Below, piece after piece: positions 11,929 through 25,415 of a DNA stretch of 64,000 bases. The DNA is taken from contig BCGN01000004.1 of the NCBI GenBank assembly GCA_001599295.1, forward strand, positions 1,365,676-1,429,675, read 5' to 3'. Position numbers and translations under genes: made by a program. The stretch is from Sporopachydermia quercuum (Eukaryota). The notes under the pieces were generated by a model, which worked only from the letters and a program-made list of their open reading frames with translations, ran no database searches and was not told the DNA's origin. Each line of letters starts with the position of its first letter. Position 1 is the stretch's first letter.

Positions 11929-13900
11929 GTGTAAATGATGATGACGATATGATAGATTGGTTTATATTTGGGGGTCACCGAAATTTCAATATGGATATGC
12001 TAAGAAAATAGTGTTGAACTACAACTGTTTCTTCTTGATTGATTAGCTAACGATAGTTACGATGCGGTGATGCATATTTCTGATCTGTAGAACTAGATAA
12101 ATGATTGTTAGGTTAGGTAGCTTCTACTTCTACTATACTCTTTGATAGGGACAAAGTGAACACATCAACTACAATGCGAATTCTGTGAGCTAAATGAACT
12201 TTACGAAAACTGGAACAAATAACAACTTACAGTTATTATTTAGAGTGGAGCCTCAAAAATGTTTGCTGATACCTCAATTTATAATCAAGAAGAAAGAATC
12301 AAGTTAGGCTGCAAACCGCACCTTAGTATATAAGATAGAATATAGGTTGGTAATCAGAAATCAAGTGGAGGGAAAGAATGGGACATAGGACATCGATCAT
12401 GTAGTTATTCGATTGTTATTGTAGAGAAGTGTAAACAAGAACGAATAGATACACAAGATGATCAAGTAAAGGAAAGTGTGCATAACAACAACTATATGAA
12501 TTTTTATCGGTTCTTTTATATTCAAATTTATCCTCCAGATGAATCAGGAACAGCGACTTCGGTAATATGACCATGTATGAATCTGCAGAGGAAAATGATC
12601 TTGCATTATCATTGATTATTACCTAAATAAGTAAGATACCTAACAACATTGCCACATAAATGAATTGCTCATTTAGGAAATATGGGCAATAGAGTCCTTT
12701 CAAAGGGAAGTAAGAAATTTCCTGCTTAATTGTCATTTTGTTCTATAAAATGTTGTATGTATTCAACATAATGAATAATTATATTTCCTTAGTATCAATT
12801 GTGACTCTTTATTGGTCTTCCTTCCTAATTTCAACATGTTAAATACAAGTCTTCTGACCTAAAAGCTATGGAGAGGTCTGAGACATTATGTCAGAAAACT
12901 GAGCCGTTGGACGCAGAGAGAGATACTAAAACGAGGCAAAGTACCCATTACCAATTTTTTAAAATATGCTAACAATACGTTCCAAGGAACGAAAATTTTC
13001 AACCAAGAAAATTATTTCGCCAATAATTCAATATATTTATTGATTTGGCTCGTTCGTTTACATAAGTCATCGGTATCTCCCGGTAAAGCCGATAGGAATT
13101 TTACGCAATAACTTATCACGTGATATTAAATTTTCATATGCATTTGTTTTTTCATTTCTGGACATTGTCCCTTACTTCTGTTATATTTCTTATCTTAATC
13201 ATTCGCTACAGTACGTTGTATCGTATTCGAGGCTGCCAGAAATCATTGTGTTAGCATCACAGTCAATGCTAGGAACTATGTGAAGTATTATAAATCATGA
13301 TCTTGTTTACTACCTTTAAATCTTAGAACTTCTTCCTAGGTTAATTTTCTCAAAACTTTCCATTCCGTCTCGTTTCTCCATATTCCACGTTATACTATTT
13401 CTGTATCCGGACATATTTTGTGAAAGTATCTGCAAACTTTATTATGTGAAAAACTGAAAAATCACAAACTTGAATACTTCGAAAAGCTCACTATCCTTCC
13501 TCTAACTCAATTTTGCTGCTTGATAATTTGTCTCCTCTTGATAAATCAATCGACGATGTCTGATAATAGTAAGGGAATCTAAGACTTAAAATTGTTGGTA
13601 AACTGGAAACTATTTTGACATCAGAATTGAAAATTAGCCTGTAACTATTTCATTCTTTTTTTCTCGGTTGAATCTTGTATATTACGATAGTTGTTGAGAT
13701 CATTATCAATTGACCTGACTCGACACTCAACTGTAATTGACGGCATCGTTTGGATGAATATACATACAAAATACAAACTGTATTGAACAGAAGCCACTTA
13801 TATGTTTAGTTGTAATAGATAGAGATGAAGGAATAAAGGAATTCTCTTACAAAAAGGAATTAGTACCGAGAATTATAAAATAGAAGAAAAGAGATCGAAA

Positions 13901-16709
13901 ATGGGTACTGTTACTGTGGCCACACCCAAGGTGGCTGTGGCTGTAGATGACAATAAAGTAGTTAAAGGGAAAACTGCTAGCGGTGAAGGTAAGTTATCAA
14001 ACAGATAGGAAATAGCTAAATTCTGTTCATATTATATTGTTTCTTTTTGCTATTATAAACTTCTATTTCATTGTCATTTCCACGAACCCCTACCCTAATA
14101 CAGACAACTAACATGAAACAGTTTTCATCGTACCCAAGACTGAAGATATGGTGAGAACATTATTTGACCCAACTGTTAAGAAATCGATATTTGATATTGT
14201 TATTCTATCAGTACTTGTTTCTTTTATTGTTTTATACTTTATTTTATCTCCAAGTTGGAGAACCCCTGTTTTCATTGGTTTATACTTCTTTTGGAGACTT
14301 AGTTACAATGTTGGTATTGGATACTTACTCCAAGGACAGTCCAAGCGTAACATGATGGTTAAATGGGCTATCAAGTTAAATTTATTCAACGAGAAAAACC
14401 ATTCAGCACTAGAAAGATTTATTAAACTCGAACTAACTTCAAAAATGAAAGATGTTGCTCATTATGACTATTATAAAATGCCAATTGAGTTCAACACTTG
14501 GCTTCTTTTCCGTCATTTTGTTGACTTGGTATTGATGTCAGACTTCGTTACATACATGCTGATTGTATTCAGCAAATCAGGCGCGACTGCCAATGAACCA
14601 TGGTACATTTTTTGTATCCGCTGGGTAACTGGTATTTCACTTTTTGTTTTTAACTTATTTGTTAAATTAGACGCTCATAGAGTTATTAAGGACTTTGCAT
14701 GGTATTGGGGTGATTTCTTCTTCTTGGAAGACGTTCAATTAACTTTTGATGGTGTGTTTGAAATGGCCCCTCATCCTATGTATTCTATTGGATATGCTGG
14801 TTATTATGGATTTGCTCTTATGGCCTCTAGTTATACTGTTTTGGTTGTATCCATTATTGCTCATATCCTCCAATTTGCTTTCTTGGTATTCATTGAGAAT
14901 CCTCATATTGATAAAACATACAATCCACCTCGTCAACCAACAAGCAGAAGAAAATCTAGTGCTGCTAACAGAAGCAGAGTGAGCTTTTCTTCTAGTCCTG
15001 AAGATAGTCCTAGCGGAGCATCTTCAACCTATTCAGCCGTTGAGGAAGACAATGAAACTGATGTAAGAATCTCTCATCCGGCATTGATTATATTCAAGAA
15101 TTTCAGATTTGTACGGGTCACTGATATTGCCTGTGTTACTGTTTGGTCATTAGCATTCATTGCTTTAATCACTTCTTCAAGCACCAGTTGTTCTGCTGCA
15201 GTGTTTTTTGTTTTTGCCCTTACTTGTAAGGCTTTCCACACTGTGGGACTTGGTTATTTGCTTGATTCCGAATCCAAGAGTAAAAGCTGGACCAAACAAT
15301 TTCTCAAGTTTGGTATGTCTCCATTAGACGCTTACGAACAATGGCAAGCTCTATACAACTTTTCGATGCTCATGTGCTATCTTAGTTTTGGTATAGTTTG
15401 CTTTAAATATTGGGACCTCAACTTATCTCAGAATCAGTACTGGCCTTTTAAGTATATTTTCGGTCTTTCCTTGATTGCTCTTCAACTATGGACTAGTCAT
15501 TCAATTTTAGAATCATTAGGAGAGTTTGGTTGGTTCTATGGTGATTTCTTCTTACCTTTGAAAGCTAAAACGTTAACTTACTCTGGTATTTATAGATATC
15601 TGAACAATCCTGAACAACTATTTGGTGTTGCTGGTTTATGGGGTATGTCTTTCCTTACTAACAGTTTCGCTGTTACAGTTCTTGCTCTTTTCTGGACGAT
15701 AACTAATCTGGGGTTCATTCAATTTGTTGAATTGCCTCATATGAAGAAAATTTACGGTGAACAAATCAGATCAGAAGCTGGTGTTACCAAGACTATCAAG
15801 AAAGCAGCTACTAAATTACCGCCTCCAGTGGAAAAGAAAGTACGAGAACTTACGGGATCGATGGATAAAGTAGTGAATGAAACAGCATCAGCTGTTGAAG
15901 ACTTTTTAAAAAAGAAGAAATCAAAGGTGTCTGTCTCTAATGTCATGCATGAAACAAAGATCAAATTGAAGGAGTATCCTGCAAGATTAACCATCATTAC
16001 TAGTGATGATCTTTCTGATATTGACACAAGTCAATATAACGTTGAAGTAATTACACCTTCAATCTCAGAAGAAGGTCTACAATATACCTTAGGAAGTCCT
16101 ATTAGAGTCAAATGGCAAGCACCAGCTAGCCATGCAGCCCGTGATTGGATTGGTGTTTATAAGGTTTCGGAAAACAACTCTAAAGAGCTCACGGTTGTTG
16201 GTAGCAAAGGTCATTGGCAAGGCCTTAGTAAGACTGGTGCTTATGATGATCACGTTGAAGGTGTAATTTCCATCTCTGAAGATGGTACAAGTGGGGAAGT
16301 TGAATTCAAAGGTAAATCTCTTGTTTGGGGTGATGCTACATACGAGTTCAGATATCACCATGATGGTAAGCACAATGTTATGGCTATGTCACAACCTTTC
16401 ACCATAGTATCTCCCGTAGTTACCATTACTACTAAGGATGATGCAGAAACTATTGCTAGCAAGATCTTCCCTGTTTTACAGAACTGCTTTCAAGATAGCC
16501 AAACTACTTTAGTTCCTGAGGATATTTTCGATGAATGGGATGAAGATTTAGAGCTAGATGTATTGAGAAAGCTTCATTATTGTATCCGGAAGTTAACTGG
16601 ATATGAATTAGCAATTGAAGTTATTAGATCTGAAGGTTGTTGTTTTAATCTTGGAAGAAGACTTGCTAGGATCAAACACGTTCTTGAGCCTTTTACTAAT
16701 GAAGTATGA
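13901..16709 (+). CDS. CHO2: Phosphatidylethanolamine N-methyltransferase, 2 exons
   Basis: Exon 1 13901-13988; intron 13989-14121 (GTAAGT..ACTAAC..CAG); the joined frame reads GE/VFIVPKTEDM. Motifs DFAWYWGDFFF, FDGVFEMAPHPMYSIGY, GEFGWFYGDFF, GIYRYLNNPE. Confidence 0.95.
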
Positions 16710-17005
16710 ATGAGGTATGAAAAAATGTATGATGTTAAGTTGGAGAATATTATTAGTTAAATCATTGTTACTTTCTTGCGATAATGCTTTGTTTGATAAT
16801 ATATAGTACATAGAGATTAAATAAAGAAATCAATAATAATAATTATAGATAGTACGAAATAATGAGTAAGTAAATATTATATAATATAGCATCCATCTAG
16901 CATTTATGAGAACATAGTGCCATTGAATATGATCCCATAAAGCATGAGGTATCTGTTCTTTTGTTATTCATACTAATGATTTGAAAGTATTTTTCCGAAC
17001 CATTA

Positions 17006-18085
17006 TTATTCAACAGTTTGAATAAGACATTGGTTCATTATCAAACGAACTTTTTTTGCTATCTCTTTAGAATAATCCATTATTTTATCTATCTTCTCCT
17101 CATCAATATCTAGCATTGAGCTATGATTCTTTATACCTGAGGCCAAAGGGTTGGATAACCAAAACCCTGTTATTTCATCATTTCGTCCATTCATATAAGC
17201 TACCACAGCATCACAAAAATTTCCCTCCTTAGTAGTGATTATCCTTGGATCTGGAATAATACAACTTTTACCGTTTGACTCTTGTAATCTAACCGAAGCA
17301 CTAGAGACCATATCAAGACACTCGATACCAGCATCAACTAAACTCAAGCTGGTGATATTAATTGCATGAGAAACAGTAGCTGCTAAGGTGCTATTTGGTT
17401 CATTCTCTGTGGTATTCGAGGATCCTGTAGATATAATTGTGAGAAATACATCAATCGAAGACTTCTTGTATTTATTACCAAGAATCGATGGTTCAATGGC
17501 TGATTGAACAAATCCTGCTACTTCTCTTTCAATTCCTGAATTTGAGCTCGATGATCCTTTTGATAAGATTCCTTCGCCTTTAGGAGATTTTCCTTTTAGT
17601 AACGCTTGCTTGATTTCTCCTGATACTGGATGATTCATAAATGGTAGATACTTCACATTCACTTGGAAGATAACTTTCTCAACGAAGCTGCCATGAATAG
17701 GCTTGGCACCATAGCTGTTCAAATAGTTAGTATTATGTCAAAGAATTCATTCCATTCGTATAAAGGTTCATCATATTATTCAATATTTTATAATGAACTC
17801 TTTCATTTATGTGCTGTACTATTCCTGACGTCTTCAACCAGGTATTACTAATACTTACACTGAACATAGAATGATTATCCCATCTGCTTCTAACAATGCT
17901 GATCCATTGCAATTTTCCGCTATTCCTGTGCTCATAAATACAGGTTTTATATCTGTTGATTCTGTTGGCTTTCTGTCATTGTTATCATCATAATGCGATT
18001 CCTGCTGTGTGTTTTCTTCTGGTTCAAACACCAGCTTGTGAGCATTTATTGGCCCATTTATGAGTCTTCTATCTGCTGTGTTCAT
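17006..18085 (-). CDS. MTR3: Exosome RNase PH-domain subunit, 2 exons
   Basis: N-terminal DRRLINGP and NCNGSALLE..CSV/YGAKP across intron 17715-17858 (GTAAGT..TACTAAC..CAG). Convergent with CHO2, as in S. cerevisiae. Confidence 0.85.
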
Positions 18086-18712
18086 TATGAGTGATGAATG
18101 TATAGAATGTGTGCTATTCTATGATTAGACGCCTGATGACTATCGTTAGATCTTCTGTCTGTTGATTATTACTTTCAAATATAAAAACAGTAGTAGATAA
18201 ATATAAAACGTGTACAGGTACAACTCATCAGCCTTAGTTTAGATCAGAAATGTGTTTGATAGTTGAACTTTTCAAGCCAATTAATGACTGAATGAATTAT
18301 AACAAACGATACTGAATAATATGCTATGAAATCAATTTTATCAACAGTACAAAAAGGCTGATGTTTGTTTTAATATTCATCATCTTCTATTTTATTTCTA
18401 TCAAGTTCTTTCTTTCTTACTTTCTTTCCTTCCCCGGAAGATAAACAGTGTAAATTATTTATTAGGTGTATGAAATTTTCACTTTTCCTACCAGTTTGTC
18501 CCAGTTTCTCAGGCCAAGCAAGTAGAGCTGTTGAAGGCTAACAACTATAGATGCGAACTAAAGACGAGATAATTAATACAATAAAACAATCAAATTTACT
18601 ATGATTTATAAGTATTACTGTTATCAAAACCAATGAAGCAGAAAAATAAAAATAAGAGAAAAAATCAAAAAACATACTTCTCTTCAATCATCATTTTATA
18701 GTAAAAAAGGAT

Positions 18713-18812
18713 TGCCCCCTGTCGGGATTGAACCGACGATCGCCGCATCACTTCACTTCACTTCACATATAAAAGATACGAGTGCGGCGCCTTACCACTT
18801 GGCCAAAGGGGC
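18713..18812 (-). tRNA. tRNA-Thr(CGU) with 28-nt intron (18749-18776)
   Basis: Acceptor stem GCCCCTT/AGGGGGC; D arm TGGCCAAGTGGTAAGGC; anticodon arm CCGCA-CT-CGT-A^A-TGCGG; T arm GTCGG-TTCAATC-CCGAC; downstream T6 terminator. Confidence 0.95.
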
Positions 18813-19305
18813 GTTCATCGGATTTTTGAAAACAATACTGTCACGTGGTCACTTGGCAAAAGTTCTAGTGATGAATGTAAAATTCTATCTATTGATGTTG
18901 GGATAGAGGGATATTAAGTAAATATATTAGGATTGGCTAGAATATTAGTCGGAATATCAGTCTAAAGAATATTTATTAGAGTGAATATTGTTGATTTTGT
19001 AGGAGATTTTGCTAATAATATGACACCGTTAATTTCATGGCATACTAGAAAGAAATTATTCATTAATCTATTATGGGTCTAGTAGAACAGCTCTTACTTT
19101 GGTGTGCGAATATACGGATAATTCATATCTGAACAAGGTATGTTGTTTTTGATGATTATATCACATTTATAGAGTTATTACAATAGTTTCTTGCCACAAA
19201 TAGTGACTACAAGTGTAATGGGTATTCCTATACGCAATATCGCTATCAAACAGTCTATGTATCCGTAAATGTATATTTAACAATAATTAAATAATTAATA
19301 GCAGC

Positions 19306-22224
19306 TTACCTAATCAAAGGATACATCAACATTTTATTCCTCTTAGAAGTTTCCCAAACCCTTCTTGTGATCTCATTGATAATACTTCTTTCAAGTCTCA
19401 AACGGTTGATTTTCTCGTTGATTCTGTCCCTTACAGCTAATAAAGGAGATCCCATGCTCTCAGTACCATCAGAGTTTGAATGCAGTAGAATAGAACAGTA
19501 AATGATATCTGCTACCAATTGTAGTTGAAGCTCATAGTAAGGAGCGTTTCTATTACTTCTAGAAGTAGAATCTTCAGAAGTGATCTTGTCTGCCTCTGGC
19601 TTAAGACTTTCTTGAGAAGAAATTCTATTCAACTCATTGCTATCTTCTGATTCTTCTAGAACAGTACTCTTGCTATCATTTGTCTCCTCTGTTTTCCTCT
19701 CATTATCATCGGCAGTCTCCTTTTCTATAATACTGTTACTACCTTCACGCTTCTTTCCATTCTGCTCCAACTTCTCACTATCTCGCGCAATGCTCGCACC
19801 AATATTAGTTTCGTCATTGTCAACTTTCGCTTTCACTTCTTCTAGCCGTTTCAACAAATCTTCAATCACCCCTTCGAGAATCATCCTTGGTACAACTGAA
19901 AACGTCTCATGATAGAAGACGTCTTCTCTCACCTGGAAAGAATCATCATTGACATATCCATCACTATTCAACCAATTGGCACAGCCTCGTAAATGGTTAC
20001 ACAACATAACAGAAGGTCCCATTGGTACTTTAACAAACAATTCACCAGATTTTGGGAATTTACATAACTGTTGATTCCCCATAATATATTCATCGTAACT
20101 GCTGCTGTTTAATACCTTCTTGAACTTCACTCCGTACCGTCTACAAACAATAGCACCAACATTAGCACTAACAGTTTTCAAAGCATGAACAATCTCTGCT
20201 AATAGTTTGACATNTTTTGTAGTAGAAAGATTCCTACCAAGGAAATTTAGGAGGACTCTGAGCAAGAAGAAGTTAGAATCTGTTGTAAGGTCAGGTTTCT
20301 GCAGTATCTTTTGAATTGTATTGATATACTTCTGTTTCTCTGATTCACCAGCTGATTTGATACCCTTTACATATAAAGCACATTCTTTCGACAGAGCATC
20401 TAAACGACTTTTCCATATTGATTGCGATTGTTTATTATCAGCAAGCAAATGAACATGGCTCAGTTCCTCATTGAACATGCCTTTATCATCTATTAATGTA
20501 TCATCATTTTCGTCATCAGGAGGCAATTCAGTGAATGTGGAGCTGATTTTTTCAGTATTCAATAACGACGACAAGTCAGCAGAGTATTGAACTTCCCATG
20601 TTTCATAAAGATCACTGATATCTTTAGCAGGACCTGTTTTCAAATTGGTGATTGCTTGAATCTTGTCTATATAATCATTAAGACCAATTGCACCAGAATC
20701 TAAGGTGAATATATTCAGATCCTGTGCAGATGAAGCATCTGTTGATATAACTTCTTGTAATTTGAAGGCAACTGTATCATTCAATATCTTGGCATGATGA
20801 CTGATTATCGCATTGATACATGGTTCCCACTTGTTAGATAAAGAAGAAAGTAAATCCTCACAGGTTAGTTCTTGCGATAGATAATTGAGCTGATAATAGA
20901 AATGATAGCTATTAAATAACTGTAGAGTTCTATTACGGAGATCAAGACATTCTTGTAACACAGTTGACATAGTNCTAATATTTAATTCTGAAGGTTTAAG
21001 ATGGTTCAGTATTGTTTCTAGACCTTCAGTAAGATATTTGATGACACTGGGACACAACAGTTTCTGGATCTTATCACGGAGTAATTCTAACGTAAGTGAT
21101 TCACCCTCAGTAGTTTTCTGCTGATCTTGTAAAGGGTTCTTTGTTGATATAGTTGATCTACTTCTTAGTTCAGTACTGAGATTAAGTAAAACTCTTAATT
21201 GGTCAGAGTCAATGAACACTTTATCTCTCTCGGTGATTTCATTGATTATTGATTCGACAAGTGAAAAGCAGGTTTCCTTGTGCAAAGCGTTTTCCATATA
21301 ACCGAGGAAAACATTTGCAGTAACTGTCGGAGTATTGGCAATGAATACCAGACTATCAATAAACCGATCAATTATAACTGGCACTTCTTTCTCGGAAGCA
21401 CCATTCTTGATTCCTGTCAGATTGCTCAATCGAAAGCTCAGAAAATCTTCTAATAATGTGATAGATGATACTTGATTCAAAATAGCATAAGCGTATAGAA
21501 GTTGCCTCAGCTTCAATAGACTCTCCGCAGTAGTTCCTTTCGCTTGAGAAATATTGCTAATGAGAATATCAGTGAACTGACCTTTATACACCTGAAATCT
21601 TGAATAAATAACTCTCAATTGACCAGTTAANCTTTTAACACTTTGATAGGTGGTTTCAAATAGAACAATTAGCTTGGAGACCAGAGAAGAAGAGAGTTGA
21701 GTAATGTTTGATGATGCATTTGTAGTTGTGCTATCGTCATTATGACTGGTATTAGCCACAATATGACTAAAGACACAACCGTTGACTGAATTCAATAGCG
21801 ATATTTTCAGCCTATCAAGATATTGATCATCATAGTATACAAATGATGGTATTGAATTATAGCTTTTGTCGAAAAATTGATAAGCTTTTCTTGTATCGTG
21901 GCCATCACATAATCTTCTTAGGCATGCATCATTCTGACGAAGTATCGAATCTATTTCAATGATTGTATCAGCAGTGTTAACCAAATCATAATACTTTGTT
22001 CCGACTAGTGTNCTCACCTCCTCCTTTTTAGATAACAGTCTTTTGGTAATTGTTGTGTTGATAGATTTCACTTGAGAAGGAGAATAAAGTGTAAACAGTT
22101 CATTTGTTGATTTGGTGACCACTTTATCGATGTTAGCTAGCAACGGTGCTAGTAGTTCATCGCCGTTTTCATTAGTACTTTTTTGATTCAATGAAGAAGA
22201 GGATATCGATCTTGATGAAATCAT
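19306..22224 (-). CDS. COG1: Conserved oligomeric Golgi complex subunit 1-like protein (Vps51/Cog1 N-terminal coiled coil)
   Basis: 972 aa. N-terminal ELF..YS..QVK......KKEEV.TLVG.KY.DLV.TADTI motif typical of Cog1/Vps51; adjacent to VRG4. Confidence 0.75.
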   Translation of the reverse strand: MISSRSISSSSLNQKSTNENGDELLAPLLANIDKVVTKSTNELFTLYSPSQVKSINTTITKRLLSKKEEVXTLVGTKYYDLVNTADTIIEIDSILRQNDACLRRLCDGHDTRKAYQFFDKSYNSIPSFVYYDDQYLDRLKISLLNSVNGCVFSHIVANTSHNDDSTTTNASSNITQLSSSLVSKLIVLFETTYQSVKXLTGQLRVIYSRFQVYKGQFTDILISNISQAKGTTAESLLKLRQLLYAYAILNQVSSITLLEDFLSFRLSNLTGIKNGASEKEVPVIIDRFIDSLVFIANTPTVTANVFLGYMENALHKETCFSLVESIINEITERDKVFIDSDQLRVLLNLSTELRSRSTISTKNPLQDQQKTTEGESLTLELLRDKIQKLLCPSVIKYLTEGLETILNHLKPSELNIXTMSTVLQECLDLRNRTLQLFNSYHFYYQLNYLSQELTCEDLLSSLSNKWEPCINAIISHHAKILNDTVAFKLQEVISTDASSAQDLNIFTLDSGAIGLNDYIDKIQAITNLKTGPAKDISDLYETWEVQYSADLSSLLNTEKISSTFTELPPDDENDDTLIDDKGMFNEELSHVHLLADNKQSQSIWKSRLDALSKECALYVKGIKSAGESEKQKYINTIQKILQKPDLTTDSNFFLLRVLLNFLGRNLSTTKXVKLLAEIVHALKTVSANVGAIVCRRYGVKFKKVLNSSSYDEYIMGNQQLCKFPKSGELFVKVPMGPSVMLCNHLRGCANWLNSDGYVNDDSFQVREDVFYHETFSVVPRMILEGVIEDLLKRLEEVKAKVDNDETNIGASIARDSEKLEQNGKKREGSNSIIEKETADDNERKTEETNDSKSTVLEESEDSNELNRISSQESLKPEADKITSEDSTSRSNRNAPYYELQLQLVADIIYCSILLHSNSDGTESMGSPLLAVRDRINEKINRLRLERSIINEITRRVWETSKRNKMLMYPLIR

Positions 22225-22259
22225 TTTGAGTCAGGTGGACCTTTATTTGGGTTATTGTT

Positions 22260-22283
22260 TATATATATATATATATATATATA
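22260..22283. repeat. (AT)n microsatellite
   Basis: About 12 AT units just upstream of the COG1-like start; a shorter (TA)n run lies at about 5719-5734. Confidence 0.9.
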
Positions 22284-23781
22284 GATTATTCAACAATGGT
22301 TTTACACTATTGTAGATTAGACATTTGAAGGGTACATCACGATAGACGACAATTGCCTGTAGTGGTCTAATAGGTGTCGCTAACTAAGTGCAATCCAGTC
22401 AGTTATTAGTGAAGCTTTCATCTAAAACATTTGAACCAATGTTTGTCAAATATAACACCATATATATTCTGNTAGTATGCTTATAGGCGTTCTCTATGGT
22501 AAACAATTGTGTATGTAGTGAAAGGGATGAGACGATTGTTCGCTGGAAGGCATTTGCTGGGTGAGACTTGAAGGTGTTTTAGTGTGTTGTGAGTACCTAG
22601 CCAGACACAATACTAATAAATATCACGTGGCTTAGAACAGAGAAGTTCGAGAGTTGGAACTGCGGTTGGGTTGACTTATGGGAACAGAATTCCTAGAAGA
22701 GAGCAGACAATTCACTGGAACCAGCTGTAAATTGACTTAAGATTGTAATAATAGTCTATATATGGAGTTTTAGTAAAAGAAGATGGCATACAAGCAGAGA
22801 CATTAGTCTATTGCAACTGAACCATATCTCTGGTTAAGTGAAAGAATCCATCTGGACTGATCGTGAAACCTGCGCGAGCGCGTGCAANCGTAAAATTAAA
22901 GAACCAGGACAACAATTACTGATACTTGACACTTTCTCAACTAGAATTTGTAGTTATGGTGTCTAGCAATTGTCAATACATAAGAAATTTTATTATGTCA
23001 CAGTTAATAGCTTCTATATACATAGTTGATAAAGTATTCTATATTTTTCACCTGGCCAGCCTGGTTCTCAGCATATTAGTTTCAGATCATATGCTCAAAG
23101 CATGTACCTGTACGCATGATTCAGCTTTCACACTCTACATCCCATTACCAGTAACACGTATACAGTACAATACAATAGAACACAGAGAATCACTTGAAAC
23201 AATAAAAGTCAAGATCTTACAAAATTGTAAGAAGAAAAGTTTGTTATTTACCATACTTCAATTGTTGTTTCCTTTCTTTGTTGGGAAGATCATTTATACC
23301 TTCTCTCATTCATGTCCTATTACAGGGATCCAACTGCAATACTTCCATTCATCATACATCAACCATGCATTCTCATACAGCAAGTCGCGTAAAACTGGAC
23401 ACGATGCACCACTTTCATTGCTTCGCTTTAAGTCAACAACTAAAATGGTCCTCTTATTTACTACATACTATCAACAGGTACTGCTTGGATCAAAATTACT
23501 GTGAGAGCACACTACAATACAGTTTGTTTTATTGATTTTCTGTATCCTTTGGAAGCAGAGCTACTGTATATTTAATTGAGTGAATGGCATCTGTTGTATA
23601 TCTATCAAAAGAACTAGTCTCTATTATTTTGCTCACAACACGAATTACAACTATCTATCACCTTTAAGCCAAGTTGAAAGTATCAGGAGAAAAAACTAGT
23701 TCAAGTGCTTTTTATTATTAACAAGGAGGATTATTGCGGGGTTGAACTACAAGCCTCAAATATTTCAATTCTCAAACAACA

Positions 23782-24889
23782 ATGGCTTCCAAAGAAAACG
23801 TTAAGCCAGATGAGCTTCCAGCTCATGGCAAACCTTCAGTTTCCAATTCTCCAACAATTGCTATACTTTCATATTGTTTATCGTCAATTTTGATGACAGT
23901 TACCAATAAATATGTTTTAAGCGGTTACTCTTTTAATATGAATTTTTTGCTCTTGACTATTCAGGTATGTCGAATGTATTATATCTGTGCTTGTTTTCGA
24001 GCATCTGATCTCATTAACTATATAAAGCTGATTTTTCTCACTAACAATTTGTTTCTAGTCTGCTGTGTGTTTAGGGTGCATCAGTGTACTCAAAAGTTTT
24101 GGTGTTATCAACTACCGTAATTTCAACAAGAATGAAGCTAAGAAATGGTTCCCTATTGCAGTTTTCCTTACTGTTATGATATATACTGGTTCCAAGGCTC
24201 TTCAATACTTGAACATTCCCGTTTATACCATTTTCAAGAATTTGACCATTATTTTGATTGCATACGGTGAAGTTTTATGGTTTGGAGGAAGTATCACTTC
24301 TATGATCTTATTTTCTTTTGCTCTCATGGTTCTCTCCTCTGTTGTTGCCGCTTGGGCTGATATCACTGATTCTGCTATCACTGAATTCAACGTTGGTTAC
24401 TTTTGGATGTTCCTCAATTGTTTCTCTTCGGCGTCTTTCATTTTAGTTATGAGAAAAAGAATTAAGCTCTTCAACTTCAAGGATTTTGATACCATGTACT
24501 ACAATAATTTATTGTCCATCCCTGTTCTANTGATTTCTTCATTTGTTGCCGAAGACTGGTCAACTATGAATCTTGCGGTTAATTTCCCTTATGAAAACAG
24601 ATATTCTGTATTGATGGCTATGATTTTCTCTGGTCTATCAACTGTGGGCATTTCGTATTCCAGTGCTTGGTGCGTACGTGTTACATCATCTACAACTTAT
24701 TCGATGGTTGGAGCTTTGAACAAGCTTCCTATTGCTTTGTCTGGATTGATATTTTTTGATGCACCAGTGACCTTTTCCTCTGTCACTGCCATTGTTCTTG
24801 GCTTTGTTGCTGGTCTAGTTTATGCTGTTGCAAAGATTCAACAACAGAAAGTGAAAGATATGTTTTTGCCTGTTACAAACAAAAGTTAA
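23782..24889 (+). CDS. VRG4: Golgi GDP-mannose transporter, 2 exons
   Basis: [29 protein letters not shown] and [14 protein letters not shown] (GALNK motif). Intron 23965-24058 (GTATGT..CTAAC..TAG). Confidence 0.96.
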
Positions 24890-25415
24890 GCTATGTTATA
24901 GGCAATAGAATCAAATTCTAATTAAAAAGCATAATGATACTTATAGGCAATTAAATTAGTGCATTATGTTTTTTTCTGGTTAGTAGGTATCTTCATGATG
25001 TAAGTATTACAGGATCTATAGTTACATTGAATATACCAGTAGAATAAAGGTAAGCCAATTGTAGACGTATATATGTTTATGCAAAACATCTCGAAAGTCG
25101 TTCTATTGTCAAAGGGCAGTGAAATAGAACATTCTAATGCTTACAGGATAAGATAAAAATGATGGGCAAAAAAATGGTTTCCTAACAATATCCATGCGAA
25201 ACCAAGATTTCTTAACATAATCACATACATTATACCTGAACCGAAAATCAATAATAGCATTATTGGATGATGTACCAATTTTAAGTAATATATATAATAG
25301 GCGTTGAATGAAGACACAAATAGTTCATCGTACTATCAATTCTGCTCTTCTGATATGAGTAAATTCTGTTATTGTTGAGTAATACTTTGTATGGACAGAT
25401 ATAATGATACTCTCC

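Noticed and set aside
13115..13200. Point centromere (CDEI-like ATCACGTG plus AT-rich DNA)
   Set aside because: No long extremely AT-rich CDEII and no CDEIII CCG motif at a suitable distance.
18896..19280. Solo LTR upstream of tRNA-Thr (starts TGTTGG)
   Set aside because: No matching CA end with a target-site duplication.
22926..23535. 192-aa and 85-aa ORFs in the COG1-VRG4 divergent spacer
   Set aside because: Non-ATG starts, non-coding-like composition and no motifs; probably chance, though not excluded.
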